A DNA stretch of 64,000 nt from Eledone cirrhosa (taxonomy: Eukaryota). How positions within the stretch are numbered: the first letter of the stretch is position 1; each line of letters opens with the position of its first letter. Shown piece by piece: positions 33,001-45,000 of this stretch. Location of the stretch: positions 322,648,001 to 322,712,000 of the forward strand of contig OZ024741.1 in the NCBI GenBank assembly GCA_964016885.1, read 5' to 3'. The position numbers and the translations under genes were made by a program. The notes under the pieces were generated by a model. It did no database searches. It was not told the origin of the DNA and worked only from the letters and a program-made list of their open reading frames with translations.

Positions 33001-36000
33001 TTGTTAGTGGTGTAGTTGTTAGTGGTGTAGATGTTAGTGGTGTAGTTGTTAGTGGTGTAGTTGTTAGTGTAGTAGTTGTTAGTGATGTAGTTGATAGTGG
33101 TGTAGTTGTTAGTGGTGTAGTTGTTAGTGGTGTAGTTGTTAGTGGTGTAGTTGTTAGTGGTGTAGTTGTTAGTGTAGTAGTTGTTAGTGATGTAGTTGAT
33201 AGTGGTGTAGTTGTTAGTGGTATAGATGTTAGTGGTGTAGTTGTTAGTGTTGTAGTTGATAATGTAGTTGTTAGTGTTGTAGTTGTTAGTGGTGTAGTTG
33301 TTAGTGGTGTAGTTGATAGTGCTGTAGTTGTTAGTGGTGTAGATGTTAGTGATGTAGTTGATAGTGGTGTACTTGTTAGTGGTGTAGTTGTTAGTGTAGT
33401 AGTTGTTAGTGATGTAGTTGATAGTGGTGTAGTTGTTAGTGGTGTAGTTGTTAGTGGTGTAGTTGTTAGTGGTGTAGTTGTTAGTGGTGTAGTTGTTAGT
33501 GTAGTAGTTGTTAGTGATGTAGTTGATAGTGGTGTAGTTGTTAGTGGTGTAGTTGTTAGTGTTGTAGTTGTTAGTGGTGTAGTTGTTAGTGGTGTAGTTG
33601 ATAGTGCTGTAGTTGTTAGTGGTGTAGATGTTAGTGATGTAGTTGATAGTGGTGTACTTGTTAGTGGTGTAGTTGTTAGTGTTGTAGTTGTTAGTGGTGT
33701 AGTTGTTAGTGTTGTAGTTGTTAGTGGTGTAGTTGTTAGTGGTGTACTTGATAGTGTTGTAGTTGTTAATGGTGTAATTGTTAGTGGTGTAGTTGTTAGT
33801 GGTGTAGTTGTTAGTGGTGTAGTTGTTAGAGTTGTAGTTGTTAATGGTGTAGTTGTTAGTGGTGTAGTTGTTAGTGTTGTAGTTGTTAGTGGTGTAGTTG
33901 TTAGTGGTTTAGATGTTAGTGGTGTAGTTGTTAGTGTTGTAGTTGTTAGTGGTGTAGTTGTTAGAATTGTAGTTGTTAGTGGTGTAGTTGTTAGTGGTGT
34001 AGTTGTTAGTGTTGTAGTTGCTAGTGGTGTAGTTGTTAGTGGTGTAGTTGTTAGTGCTGTAGTTGTTAGTGGTGTAGATGTTAGTGTAGTAGTTGTTAGT
34101 GATGTAGTTGATAGTGGTGTAGTTGTTAGTGGTGTAGTTGTTAGTGGTGTAGTTGTTAGTGGTGTAGTTGTTAGTGGTGTAGTTGTTAGTGTAGTAGTTG
34201 TTAGTGTTGTAGTTGTTAGTGGTGTAGTTGTTAGTGATGTAGTTGATAGTGGTGTAGTTGTTAGTGGTGTAGTTGTTTGTGGTGTAGTTGATAGTGATGT
34301 AGTTGTTAGTGGTGTAGTTGTTAGTGGTGTAGTTGATAGTGGTGTAGTTGTTAGTGGTGTAGTTGATAGTGGTGTAGTTGTTAGTGGTGTAGTTGTTAGT
34401 GGTGTAGTTGTCAGTGTAGTAGTTGTTAGTGTTGTAGTTGTTAGTGGTGTAGTTGTTAGTGGTGTAGATGTTAGTGGTGTAGTTGTTAGTGGTGTAGTTG
34501 TTAGTGTAGTAGTTGTTAGTGATGTAGTTGATAGTGGTGTAGTTGTTAGTGGTGTAGTTGTTAGTGGTGTAGTTGTTAGTGGTGTAGTTGTTAGTGGTGT
34601 AGTTGTTAGTGTAGTAGTTGTTAGTGATGTAGTTGATAGTGGTGTAGTTGTTAGTGGTATAGATGTTAGTGGTGTAGTTGTTAGTGTTGTAGTTGATAAT
34701 GTAGTTGTTAGTGTTGTAGTTGTTAGTGGTGTAGTTGTTAGTGGTGTAGTTGATAGTGCTGTAGTTGTTAGTGGTGTAGATGTTAGTGATGTAGTTGATA
34801 GTGGTGTACTTGTTAGTGGTGTAGTTGTTAGTGTTGTAGTTGTTAGTGGTGTAGTTGTTAGTGTTGTAGTTGTTAGTGGTGTAGTTGTTAGTGGTGTACT
34901 TGATAGTGTTGTAGTTGTTAATGGTGTAGTTGTTAGTGGTGTAGTTGTTAGTGGTGTAGATGTTAGTGGTGTAGTTGTTAGTGGTGTAGTTATTAGTGTT
35001 GTAGTTGTTAGTGGTGTAGTTGTTAGTGGTGTAGTTGTTAGTGTTGTAGTTGTTAGTGGTGTAGTTGTTAGTGTTGTAGTTGTTAATGGTGTAGTTGTTA
35101 GTGGTGTAGTTGTTGGTGTTGTAGTTGTTAGTGTTGTAGTTGTTAGTGGTGTAGTTGTTAGTAGTGTAGTTATTAGTGTTGTAGTTGTTAGTGGTGTATT
35201 TGTTGGTGTTGTAGTTGTTAGTGTTGTAGTTGTTAGTGGTGTAGTTGTTAGTAGTGTAGTTATTAGTGTTGTAGTTGTTAGTGGTGTAGTTGTTGGTGTT
35301 GTAGTTGTTAGTGGTGTAGTTGTTAGTGGTGTATTTGTTAGTGTTGTAGTTGTTAATGGTGTAGTTGTTAATGTTGTAGTTGTTAGTGGTGTAGTTGTTA
35401 GTGGTGTAGTTGTTAGTGTTGTAGTTGTTAATGGTGTAGTTGTTAGTGGTGTAGTTGTTAGTGTTGTAGTTGTTAGTGGTGTAGTTGTTAGTGGTGGAGT
35501 TGTTAGTGGTGTAGTTGTTAGTGTTGTAGTTGTTAATGGTGTAGTTGTTAGTGGTGTAGTTGTAAGTGTTGTAGTTGTTAGTGGTGTAGTTGTTAGTTGT
35601 GTAGTTGTTAGTGTTGTAGTTGTTAATGGTGTAGTTGTTAGTGGTGTAGTTGTTAATGTTGTAGTTGTTAGTGATGTAGTTGTTAGTGTTGTAGTTGTTA
35701 GTGGTGTAGTTGTTGGTGTTGTAGTTGTTAGTGGTGTAGTTGTTAGTGGTGTAGTTGTTAGTGTTGTAGTTGTTAATGGTGTAGTTGTTAGTGGTGAAGT
35801 TGTTAGTGGTGTAGTTGTTAGTGTTGTAGTTGTTAGTGGTGTAGTTGATAGTGTTGTAGTTGTTAATGTTGTAGTTGTTAATGGTGTAGTTGTTAGTGTT
35901 GTAGTTGTTAGTGGTGTAGTTGATAGTGTTGTAGTTGTTAGTGTTGTAGTTGTTAATGGTGTAGTTGTTGGTGTTGTAGTTGTTAGTGGTGTAGTTGTTA

Positions 36001-39000
36001 GTGGTGTAGTTGTTAGTGGTGTAGTTGTTAGTGGTGTAGTTGTTAATGGAGTAGTTGTTAGTGTTGTAGTTGTTAATGGTGTAGTTGTTAGTGTTGTAGT
36101 TGTTAATGGTGTAGTTGTTGTTGTTGTAGTTGTTAGTGGTGTAGTTGTTAGTGGTGTAGTTGTTAGTGGTGTAGTTGTTAGTGTTGTAGTTGTTAATGGT
36201 GTAGTTGTTAGTGATGTAGTTGTTAGTGGTGTAGTTGATAATGTTGTAGTTGTCAGTGTTGTATTTGTTAATGGTGTAGTTGTTGTTGTTGTAGTTGTTA
36301 GTGGTGTAGTTGTTAGTGGTGTAGTTGTTAGTGGTGTAGTTGTTAGTGTTGTAGTTGTTAATGGTGTAGTTGTTAGTGTTGTAGTTGTTAATGGTGTAGT
36401 TGTTGTTGTTGTAGTTGTTGTTAGTGGTGTAGTTGTTAGTGGTGTAGTTGTTAGTGGTGTAGTTGTTAGTGTTGTAGTTGTTAATGGTGTAGTTGTTAGT
36501 GTTGTAGTTGTTAGTGGTGTAGTTGATAGTGTTGTACTTGTTAGTGTTGTAGTTGTTAATGGTGTAGTTGTTTGTGTTGTAGTTGTTAGTGGTGTAGTTG
36601 ATAGTGTTGTAGTTGTTAGTGTTGTAGTTGTTAATGGTGTAGTTGTTGGTGTTGTAGTTGTTAGTGGTGTAGTTGTTAGTGGTGTAGTTGTTAGTGGTGT
36701 AGTTGTTAGTGGTGTAGTTGTTAATGGAGTAGTTGTTAGTGTTGTAGTTGTTAATGGTGTAGTTGTTAGTGTTGTAGTTGTTAATGGTGTAGTTGTTGTT
36801 GTTGTAGTTGTTAGTGGTGTAGTTGTTAGTGGTGTAGTTGTTAGTGGTGTAGTTGTTACTGTTGTAGTTGTTAATGGTGTAGTTGTTAGTGGTGTAGTTG
36901 TTAGTGTTGTAGTTGTTAATGGTGTAGTTGTTAGTGGTGTAGTTGTTAGTGTTGTAGTTGTTAGTGGTGTAGTTGTTAGTATTGTAGTTGTTAATGGTGT
37001 AGTTGTTAGTGGTGTAGTTGTTAGTGGTGTAGTTGTAGTGTTGTAGTTGTTAATGGTGTAGTTGTTAGTGGTGTAGTTGTTAGTGTTGTAGTTGTTAATG
37101 GTGTAGTTGTTAGTGTTGTAGTTGTTAGTGGTAGATTTGTTAGTGTTGTAGTTGTTAGTGGTGTAGTTGTTAGTGGTGAAGTTGTTAGTGTTGTAGTTGT
37201 TAATGGTGTAGTTGTTAGTGGTGTAGTTGTTAGTGGTGTAGTTGTTAGTTTTGTAGTTGTTAGTGTTGTAGTTATTAGAGGTGTAGTTGTTAGTGGTGTA
37301 GTTGTTAGTGGTGTAGTTGTAGTGTTGTAGTTGTTAATGGTGTAGTTGTTAGTGGTGTAGTTGTTAGTGTTGTAGTTGTTAATGGTGTAGTTGTTAGTGT
37401 TGTAGTTGTTAGTGGTAGATTTGTTAGTGTTGTAGTTGTTAGTGGTGTAGTTGTTAGTGGTGTAGTTGTAGTGTTGTAGTTGTTAATGGTGTAGTTGTTA
37501 GTGGTGTAGTTGTTAGTGTTGTAGTTGTTAATGGTGTAGTTGTTAGTGTTGTAGTTGTTAGTGGTATAGTTGTTAGTGGTGTAGTTATTAGTGATGTAGT
37601 TGTTAGTGGTGTAGTTGTTGGTGTTGTACTTGTTAGTGGTGTAGTTGTTACTGGTGTAGTTGTTAGTGTTGTAGTTGTTAATGGTGTAGTTGTTAGTGGT
37701 GTAGTTGCTAATGTTGTAGTTGTTAGTGGTGTAGTTGTTAGTGGTGTAGTTGTTAGTGTTGTAGTTGTTAATGGTGTAGTTGTTAGTGGTGTAGTTGTTA
37801 GTCGTGTAGTTGTTAGAATTGTAGTTGTTAGTGGTGTAGTTGTTAGTGTTGTAGATGTTAGTGGTATAGATGTTAGGGGTGTTGTTGTTAGTGTTGTAGT
37901 TGTTAGTGGTGTAGTTGTTAGTGGTGAAGTTGTTAGTGGTGTAGTTGTTAGTGTTGTAGTTGTTAATGGTGTAGTTGTTAGTGGTGTAGTTGTTAGTGTT
38001 GTAGTTGTTAGTGGTGTAGTTGTTAGTGGTGTAGTTGTTAGTGTTGTAGTTGTTAATGGTGTAGTTGTTAGTGGTGTAGTTGTTAGTGTTGTAGTTGTTA
38101 GTGGTGTAGTTGTTATTGGTGGAGTTGTTAGTGGTGTAGTTGTTAGTGTTGTAGTTGTTAATGTTGTAGTTGTTAGTGGTGTAGTTGTTAGTGTTGTAGT
38201 TGTTAGTGGTGTAGTTGTTGGTGTTGTAGTTGTTAGTGGTGTAGTTGTTAGTGGTGTAGTTGTTAGTGTTGTAGTTGTTAATGGTGTAGTTGTTAGTGGT
38301 GAAGTTGTTAGTGGTGTAGTTGTTAGTGTTGTAGTTGTTAGTGGTGTAGTTGATAGTGTTGTAGTTGTTAATGTTGTAGTTGTTAATGGTGTAGTTGTTA
38401 GTGTTGTAGTTGTTAGTGGTGTAGTTGATAGTGTTGTAGTTGTTAGTGTTGTAGTTGTTAATGGTGTAGTTGTTGGTGTTGTAGTTGTTAGTGGTGTAGT
38501 TGTTAGTGGTGTAGTTGTTAGTGGTGTAGTTGTTAGTGGTGTAGTTGTTAATGGAGTAGTTGTTAGTGTTGTAGTTGTTAATGGTGTAGTTGTTAGTGTT
38601 GTAGTTGTTAATGGTGTAGTTGTTGTTGTTGTAGTCGTTAGTGGTGTAGTTGTTAGTGGTGTAGTTGTTAGTGGTGTAGTTGTTAGTGTTGTAGTTGTTA
38701 ATGGTGTAGTTGTTAGTGATGTAGTTGTTAGTGGTGTAGTTGATAATGTTGTAGTTGTCAGTGTTGTAGTTGTTAATGGTGTAGTTGTTGTTGTTGTAGT
38801 TGTTAGTGGTGTAGTTGTTAGTGGTGTAGTTGTTAGTGGTGTAGTTGTTAGTGTTGTAGTTGTTAATGGTGTAGTTGTTAGTGTTGTAGTTGTTAATGGT
38901 GTAGTTGTTGTTGTTGTAGTTGTTGTTAGTGGTGTAGTTGTTAGTGGTGTAGTTGTTAGTGGTGTAGTTGTTAGTGTTGTAGTTGTTAATGGTGTAGTTG

Positions 39001-42000
39001 TTAGTGTTGTAGTTGTTAGTGGTGTAGTTGATAGTGTTGTATTTGTTAGTGTTGTAGTTGTTAATGGTGTAGTTGTTAGTGTTGTATTTGTTAGTGGTGT
39101 AGTTGATAGTGTTGTAGTTGTTAGTGTTGTAGTTGTTAATGGTGTAGTTGTTGGTGTTGTAGTTGTTAGTGGTGTAGTTGTTAGTGGTGTAGTTGTTAGT
39201 GGTGTAGTTGTTAGTGGTGTAGTTGTTAATGGAGTAGTTGTTAGTGTTGTAGTTGTTAATGGTGTAGTTGTTAGTGTTGTAGTTGTTAATGGTGTAGTTG
39301 TTGTTGTTGTAGTTGTTAGTGGTGTAGTTGTTAGTGGTGTAGTTGTTAGTGGTGTAGTTGTTAGTGTTGTAGTTGTTAATGGTGTAGTTGTTAGTGGTGT
39401 AGTTGTTAGTGGTGTAGTTGTTAGTTTTGTAGTTGTTAGTGTTGTAGTTATTAGAGGTGTAGTTGTTAGTGGTGTAGTTGTTAGTGGTGTAGTTGTAGTG
39501 TTGTAGTTGTTAATGGTGTAGTTGTTAGTGGTGTAGTTGTTAGTGTTGTAGTTGTTAATGGTGTAGTTGTTAGTGTTGTAGTTGTTAGTGGTAGATTTGT
39601 TAGTGTTGTAGTTGTTAGTGGTGTAGTTGTTAGTGGTGTAGTTGTAGTGTTGTAGTTGTTAATGGTGTAGTTGTTAGTGGTGTAGTTGTTAGTGTTGTAA
39701 TTGTTAATGGTGTAGTTGTTAGTGTTGTAGTTGTTAGTGGTATAGTTGTTAGTGGTGTAGTTATTAGTGATGTAGTTGTTAGTGGTGTATTTGTGGGTGT
39801 TGTAGTTGTTAGTGGTGTAGTTGTTAGTGTTGTAGTTGTTAATGGTGTAGTTGTTAGTGGTGTAGTTGTTAATGTTGTAGTTGTTAGTGGTGTAGTTGTT
39901 AGTGGTGTAGTTGTTAGTGTTGTAGTTGTTAATGGTGTAGTTGTTAGTGGTGTAGTTGTTAGTCGTGTAGTTGTTAGAATTGTAGTTGTTAGTGGTGTAG
40001 TTGTTAGTGTTGTAGATGTTAGTGGTATAGATGTTAGTGGTGTTGTTGTTAGTGTTGTAGTTGTTAGTGGTGTAGTTGTTAGTGGTGAAGTTGTTAGTGG
40101 TGTAGTTGTTAGTGTTGTAGTTGTTAGTGGTGTAGTTGTTAGTTGTGTAGTTGTTAGTGTTGTAGTTGTTAATGGTGTAGTTGTTAGTGGTGTAGTTGTT
40201 AGTGGTGTAGTTGTTAGTGGTGTAGTTGTTAATGTTGTAGTTGTTAGTGGTGTAGTTGTTAGTGGTGGACTTGTTAGTGATGTAGTTGTTAGTGTTGTAG
40301 TTGTTAATGGTGTAGTTGTTAGTGGTGAAGTTGTTAGTGGTGTAGTTGTTAGTGTTGTAGTTGTTAGTGATGTAGTTGTTAGTGTCGTAGTTGTTAGTGG
40401 TGTAGTTGTTAGTGTTGTAGTTGTTAATAGTGTAGTTGTTAGTGTTGTAGTTGTTAATGTTGTAGTTGTTAGTGTTGTAGTTGTTAATGGTGTAGTTGTT
40501 AGTGGTCAAGTTGTTAGTGATGTAGTTGTTAGTGTTGTAGTTGTTAGTGGTGTAGTTGTTGGTGTTGTAGTTGTTAGTGGTGTAGTTGTTAGTGGTGTAG
40601 TTGTTAGTGTTGTAGTTGTTAATGGTGTAGTTGTTAGTGGTGAAGTTGTTAGTGGTGTAGTTGTTAGTGTTGTAGTTGTTAGTGGTGTAGTTGATAGTGT
40701 TGTAGTTGTTAGTGTTGTAGTTGTTAATGGTGTAGTTGTTGGTGTTGTAGTTGTTAGTGGTGTAGTTGTTAGTGGTGGAGTTGTTAGTGGTGTAGTTGTT
40801 AGTGTTGTAGTCGTTAGTGTTGTAGTTGTTAGTGGTGGAGTTGTTAGTGGTGTAGTTGTTAGTGTTGTAGTCGTTAGTGGTGTAGTTGTTAGTGGTGTAG
40901 TTGTTAATGGAGTAGTTGTTAGTGTTGTAGTTGTTAATGGTGTAGTTGTTAGTGTTGTAGTTGTTAATGGTGTAGTTGTTAGTGGTGTAGTTGTTAGTGG
41001 TGTAGTTGTTAGTGGTGTAGTTGTTAGTGGTGTAGTTGTTAGTGGTGTAGTTGTTAGTGGTGTAGTTGTTAATGGTGTAGTTGTTAGTGGTGTAGTTGTT
41101 AGTGGTGTAGTTGTTAGTGTTGTAGTTGTTGGTGTTGTAGTTGTTAGTGGTGTAGTTGTTAGTGGTGTAGTTGTTAGTGTTGTAGTTGTTAGTGGTGTAG
41201 TTGTTAGTGTTGTAGTTGTTAATGGTGTAGTTGTTAGAGTTGTAGTTGTTAGTGGTATAGTTGTTAGTGTTGTAGTTGTTAGTGGTGTAGTTGTTAGTGG
41301 TGTAGTTGTTAGTGGTGTAGTTGTTAGTGGTGTAGTTGTTAGTGGTGTAGTTGTTAGTGTTGTAGTTGTTAGTGGTGTAGTTGTTAGTGGTGTAGTTGTA
41401 GTGTTGTAGTTGTTAATGGTGTAGCTGTTAGTGGTGTAGTTGTTAGTGGTGTAGTTGTTAGTGGTGTAGTTGTTAGTGGTGTAGTTGTTAGTGGTGTAGT
41501 TGTTAGTGGTGTAGTTGTTATTGGTGTAGTTGTTAGTGGTGTAGTTGTTAGTGGTGTAGTTGTTAGTGGTGTAGTTGTTAGTGGTGTAGTTGTAGTGTTG
41601 TAGTTGTTAATGGTGTAGTTGTTAGTGGTGTAGTTGTTAGTGGTGTAGTTGTTAGTGGTGTAGTTGTTAGTGGTGTAGTTGTTAGTGGTGTAGTTGTTAG
41701 TGTTGTAGTTGTTAGTGGTGTAGTTGTTAGTGGTGTAGTTGTTAGTGGTGTAGTTGTTAGTGGTGTAGTTGTTAGTGGTGTAGTTGTTAGTGGTGTAGTT
41801 GTTAGTGTTGTAGTTGTTAGTGTTGAAATTATTAGTGGTGTAGTTGTTGGTGTTGTAGTTGTTAGTGGTGTAGTTGATGGTGTTGTAGTTGTTAGTGGTG
41901 TAGTTGTTAGTGGTGTAGTTGATAGTGCTGTAGTTGTTAATGGTGTAGTTGTTAGTGGTGTAGATGTTAGTGATGTAGTTGATGGTGGTGTACTTGTTAG

Positions 42001-45000
42001 CGGTGTAGTTGTTAGTGTTGTAGTTGTTAGAGGTGTAGTTGTTAGTGTTGTAGTTGTTAGTGTTGTAGTTGTTAATGGTGTAGTTGTTAGTGGTGTAGTT
42101 GTTAGTGGTGTAGTTGATAGTGGTGTAGTTGTTAGTGGTATAGATCTTAGTGGTGTAGTTGATAGTGTTGTAGTTGTTAGTGTTGTAGTTGTTAGTGGTG
42201 TAGTTGTTAGTGGTGTAGTTGTTAGAATTGTAGTTGTTAGTGGTGTAGTTGTTAGCGTTGTAGTTGTTAGTGGTGTAGTTGTTAGTGGTGTAGTTGTTAG
42301 TTGTGTAGTTGTTAGTGTTGTAGTTGTTAATGGTGTAGTTGATAGTGTTGTAGTTGTTAGTGGTGTAGTTGTTAATTTTGTAGTTGTTAATGGTGTAGTT
42401 GTTAGTGTTGTAGTTGTTAGTGGTATAGTTGTTAGTGTTGTAGTTGTTAGTGGTGTAGTTGTTAGTGGTGTAGTTGTTAGTGGTGTAGTTGTTAGTGGTG
42501 TAGTTTTTAGCGTTGTAGTTGTTAGTGGTGTAGTTGTTGGTGTTGTAGTTGTTAGTGGTGGAGTTGTTAGTGGTGGAGTTGTTAGTGGTGTAGTTGTTAG
42601 TGTTGTAGTTGTTAATGGTGTAGTTGTTAGTGGTGAAGTTGTTAGTGGTGTAATTGTTAGTGTTGCAGTTGTTAATGGTGTAATTGTTAGTGGTGTAGTT
42701 GTTAGTGTTGTTATTGTTAGTGGTGTAGTTGTTAGTGGTGTAGTTGTTAGTGTTGTAGTTGTTAATGGTGTAGTTGTTAGTGGTGTAGTTGTTAGTGTTG
42801 TAGTTGTTAGTGGTGTAGTTGTTAGTGGTGGAGTTGTTAGTGGTGTAGTTGTTAGTGTTGTAGTTGTTAATGGTGTAGATGTTAGTGGTGAAGTTGTTAG
42901 TGGTGTAGTTGTTAGTGTTGTAGTTGTTAGTGTGTAGTTGTTAGTGTTGTAGTTGTTAGTGGTGTAGTTGTTAGTGGTGTAGTTGTTAGTGGTGTAGTTG
43001 TTAGTGGTGTAGTTGTTAGTGGTGTAGTTGTTAGTGGTGTAGTTGTTAGTGGTGTAGTTGATAGTGCTGTAATTGTTAGTGGTGTAGATGTTAGTGATGT
43101 AGTGGATAGTGGTGTACTTGTTAGTGGTGTACTTGTTGGTGGTGTAGTTGTTAGTGGTGTAGTTGTTAGTGGTGTAGTTGTTAGTGGTGTAGTTGTTAGT
43201 GGTGTAGTTGATAGTGCTGTAGTTGTTAGTGGTGTAGATGTTAGTGATGTAGTTGATAGTGTTGTACTTGTTAGTGGTGTAGTTGTTAGTGGTGTAGTTG
43301 TTAGTGGTGTAGTTGTTAGTGGTATAGATGTTAGTGGTGTAGTTGATAGTGTTGTAGTTGTTAGTGCTTTAGCTGTTAGTGGTGTAGTTGTTAGTGTTGT
43401 AGTTGTTGGTGTTGTAGTTGTTAGTGGTGTAGTTGTTAGTGGTATAGATCTTAGTGGTGTAGTTGATAGTGTTGTAGTTGTTAGTGTTGTAGTTGTTAGT
43501 GGTGTAGTTGTTAGTGGTGCAGTTGTTAGTGTTGTAGTTGTTAGTGGTGTAGTTGATAGTGCTGTAGTTGTTAGTGTTGTAGTTGTTAGTGGTGTAGTTG
43601 ATAGTGTTGTAGTTGTTAGTGTTGTAGCTGTTAGTGTTGTAGTTGTTAGTGGTGTAGTTGTTAGTGGTGTACTTGATAGTGTTGTAGTTGATAGTGTTGT
43701 AGTTGTTAGTGTTGTAGTTGTTAGTGGTGTAGTTGTTAGTGGTGCAGTTGTTAGTGTTGTAGTTGTTAGTGGTGTAGTTGTTGGTGTTGTAGTTGTTACT
43801 GGTGTAGTTGTTAGTGGTGTAGTTGTTAGTGTTGTAGTTGTTAGTGGTGTAGTTGTTAGTGGTGGAGTTGTTAGTGTTGTAGTTTTTAATGGTGTAGTTG
43901 TTAGTGGTGAAGTTGTTAGTTGTGTAGTTGTTAGTGTTGTAGTTGTTTGTGGTGTAGTTGTTAGTGGTGTAGATGTTAGTGATGTAGTTGATAGTGGTGT
44001 ACTTGGTAGTGGTGTAGTTGATAGTGTTGTAGTTGTTAGTGGTGTAGTTGTTAGTGTTGTAGTTGTTAGTGGTGTAGTTGTTAGTGGTGTACTTGATAGT
44101 GTTGTAGTTGTTAATGGTGTAGTTGTTAGTGGTGTAGTTGTTAGTGGTGTAGTTGTTAGTGGTATAGATGTTAGTGGTGTAGTTGATAGTGTTGTAGTTG
44201 TTAGTGTTGTAGTTGTTAGTGGTGTAGTTGTTAATGGTGTAGTTGTTAGTGGTGTAGTTGTTAATGTTGTAGTTGATAGTGGTGTAGTTGTTAGTGGTGT
44301 AGTTGTTAGTGTTGTAGTTGTTAATGGTGTAGTTGTTAGTGGTGTATTGGTTATAATTGTAGTTGGTAGTGGTGTAGTTGTTATTGTAGTAGTTGTTAGT
44401 GTTGTAGTTGTTAGTAGTATAGATGTTAGTGGTGTAGTTGTTAGTGTTGTAGTTGTTAATGGTGTAGTTGTTAGTGGTGAAGTTGTTAGTGGTGTAGTTG
44501 TTAGTGTTGTAGTTGTTAACGGTGTAGTTGTTAGTGGTGTAGTTGTTAGTGTTGTAGTTGTTAGTGGTGTAGTTGTTAGTGGTGTAGTTGTTAGTGTTGT
44601 AGTTGTTAATGGTGTAGATGTTAGTGGTGTAGTTGTTAATGTTGTAGTTGTTAGTGGTGTAGTTGTTAGTGATGGACTTGTTAGTGGTGTAGTTGTTAGT
44701 GTTGTAGTTGTTAATGGTGTAGTTGTTAGTGGTGTAGTTGTTCGTTTCGTAGTTGTTAGTGGTGTAGTTGTTAGTGTTGTAGTTGTTAGTGGTGTAGTTG
44801 TTAGTGTTGTAGTTGTTAATGGTGTAGTTGTTAGTGTTATAGTTGTTAGTGGTATAGATGTTAGTGTTGTAGTTGTTAGTGGTGTAGTTGTTGGTGTTGT
44901 AGTTGTTAGTGGTGTAGTTGTTAGTGGTGTAGTTGTTAGTGTTGTAGTTGTTAATGGTGTAGTTGTTAGTGGTGAAGTTGCTAGTGGTGTAGTTGTTAGT

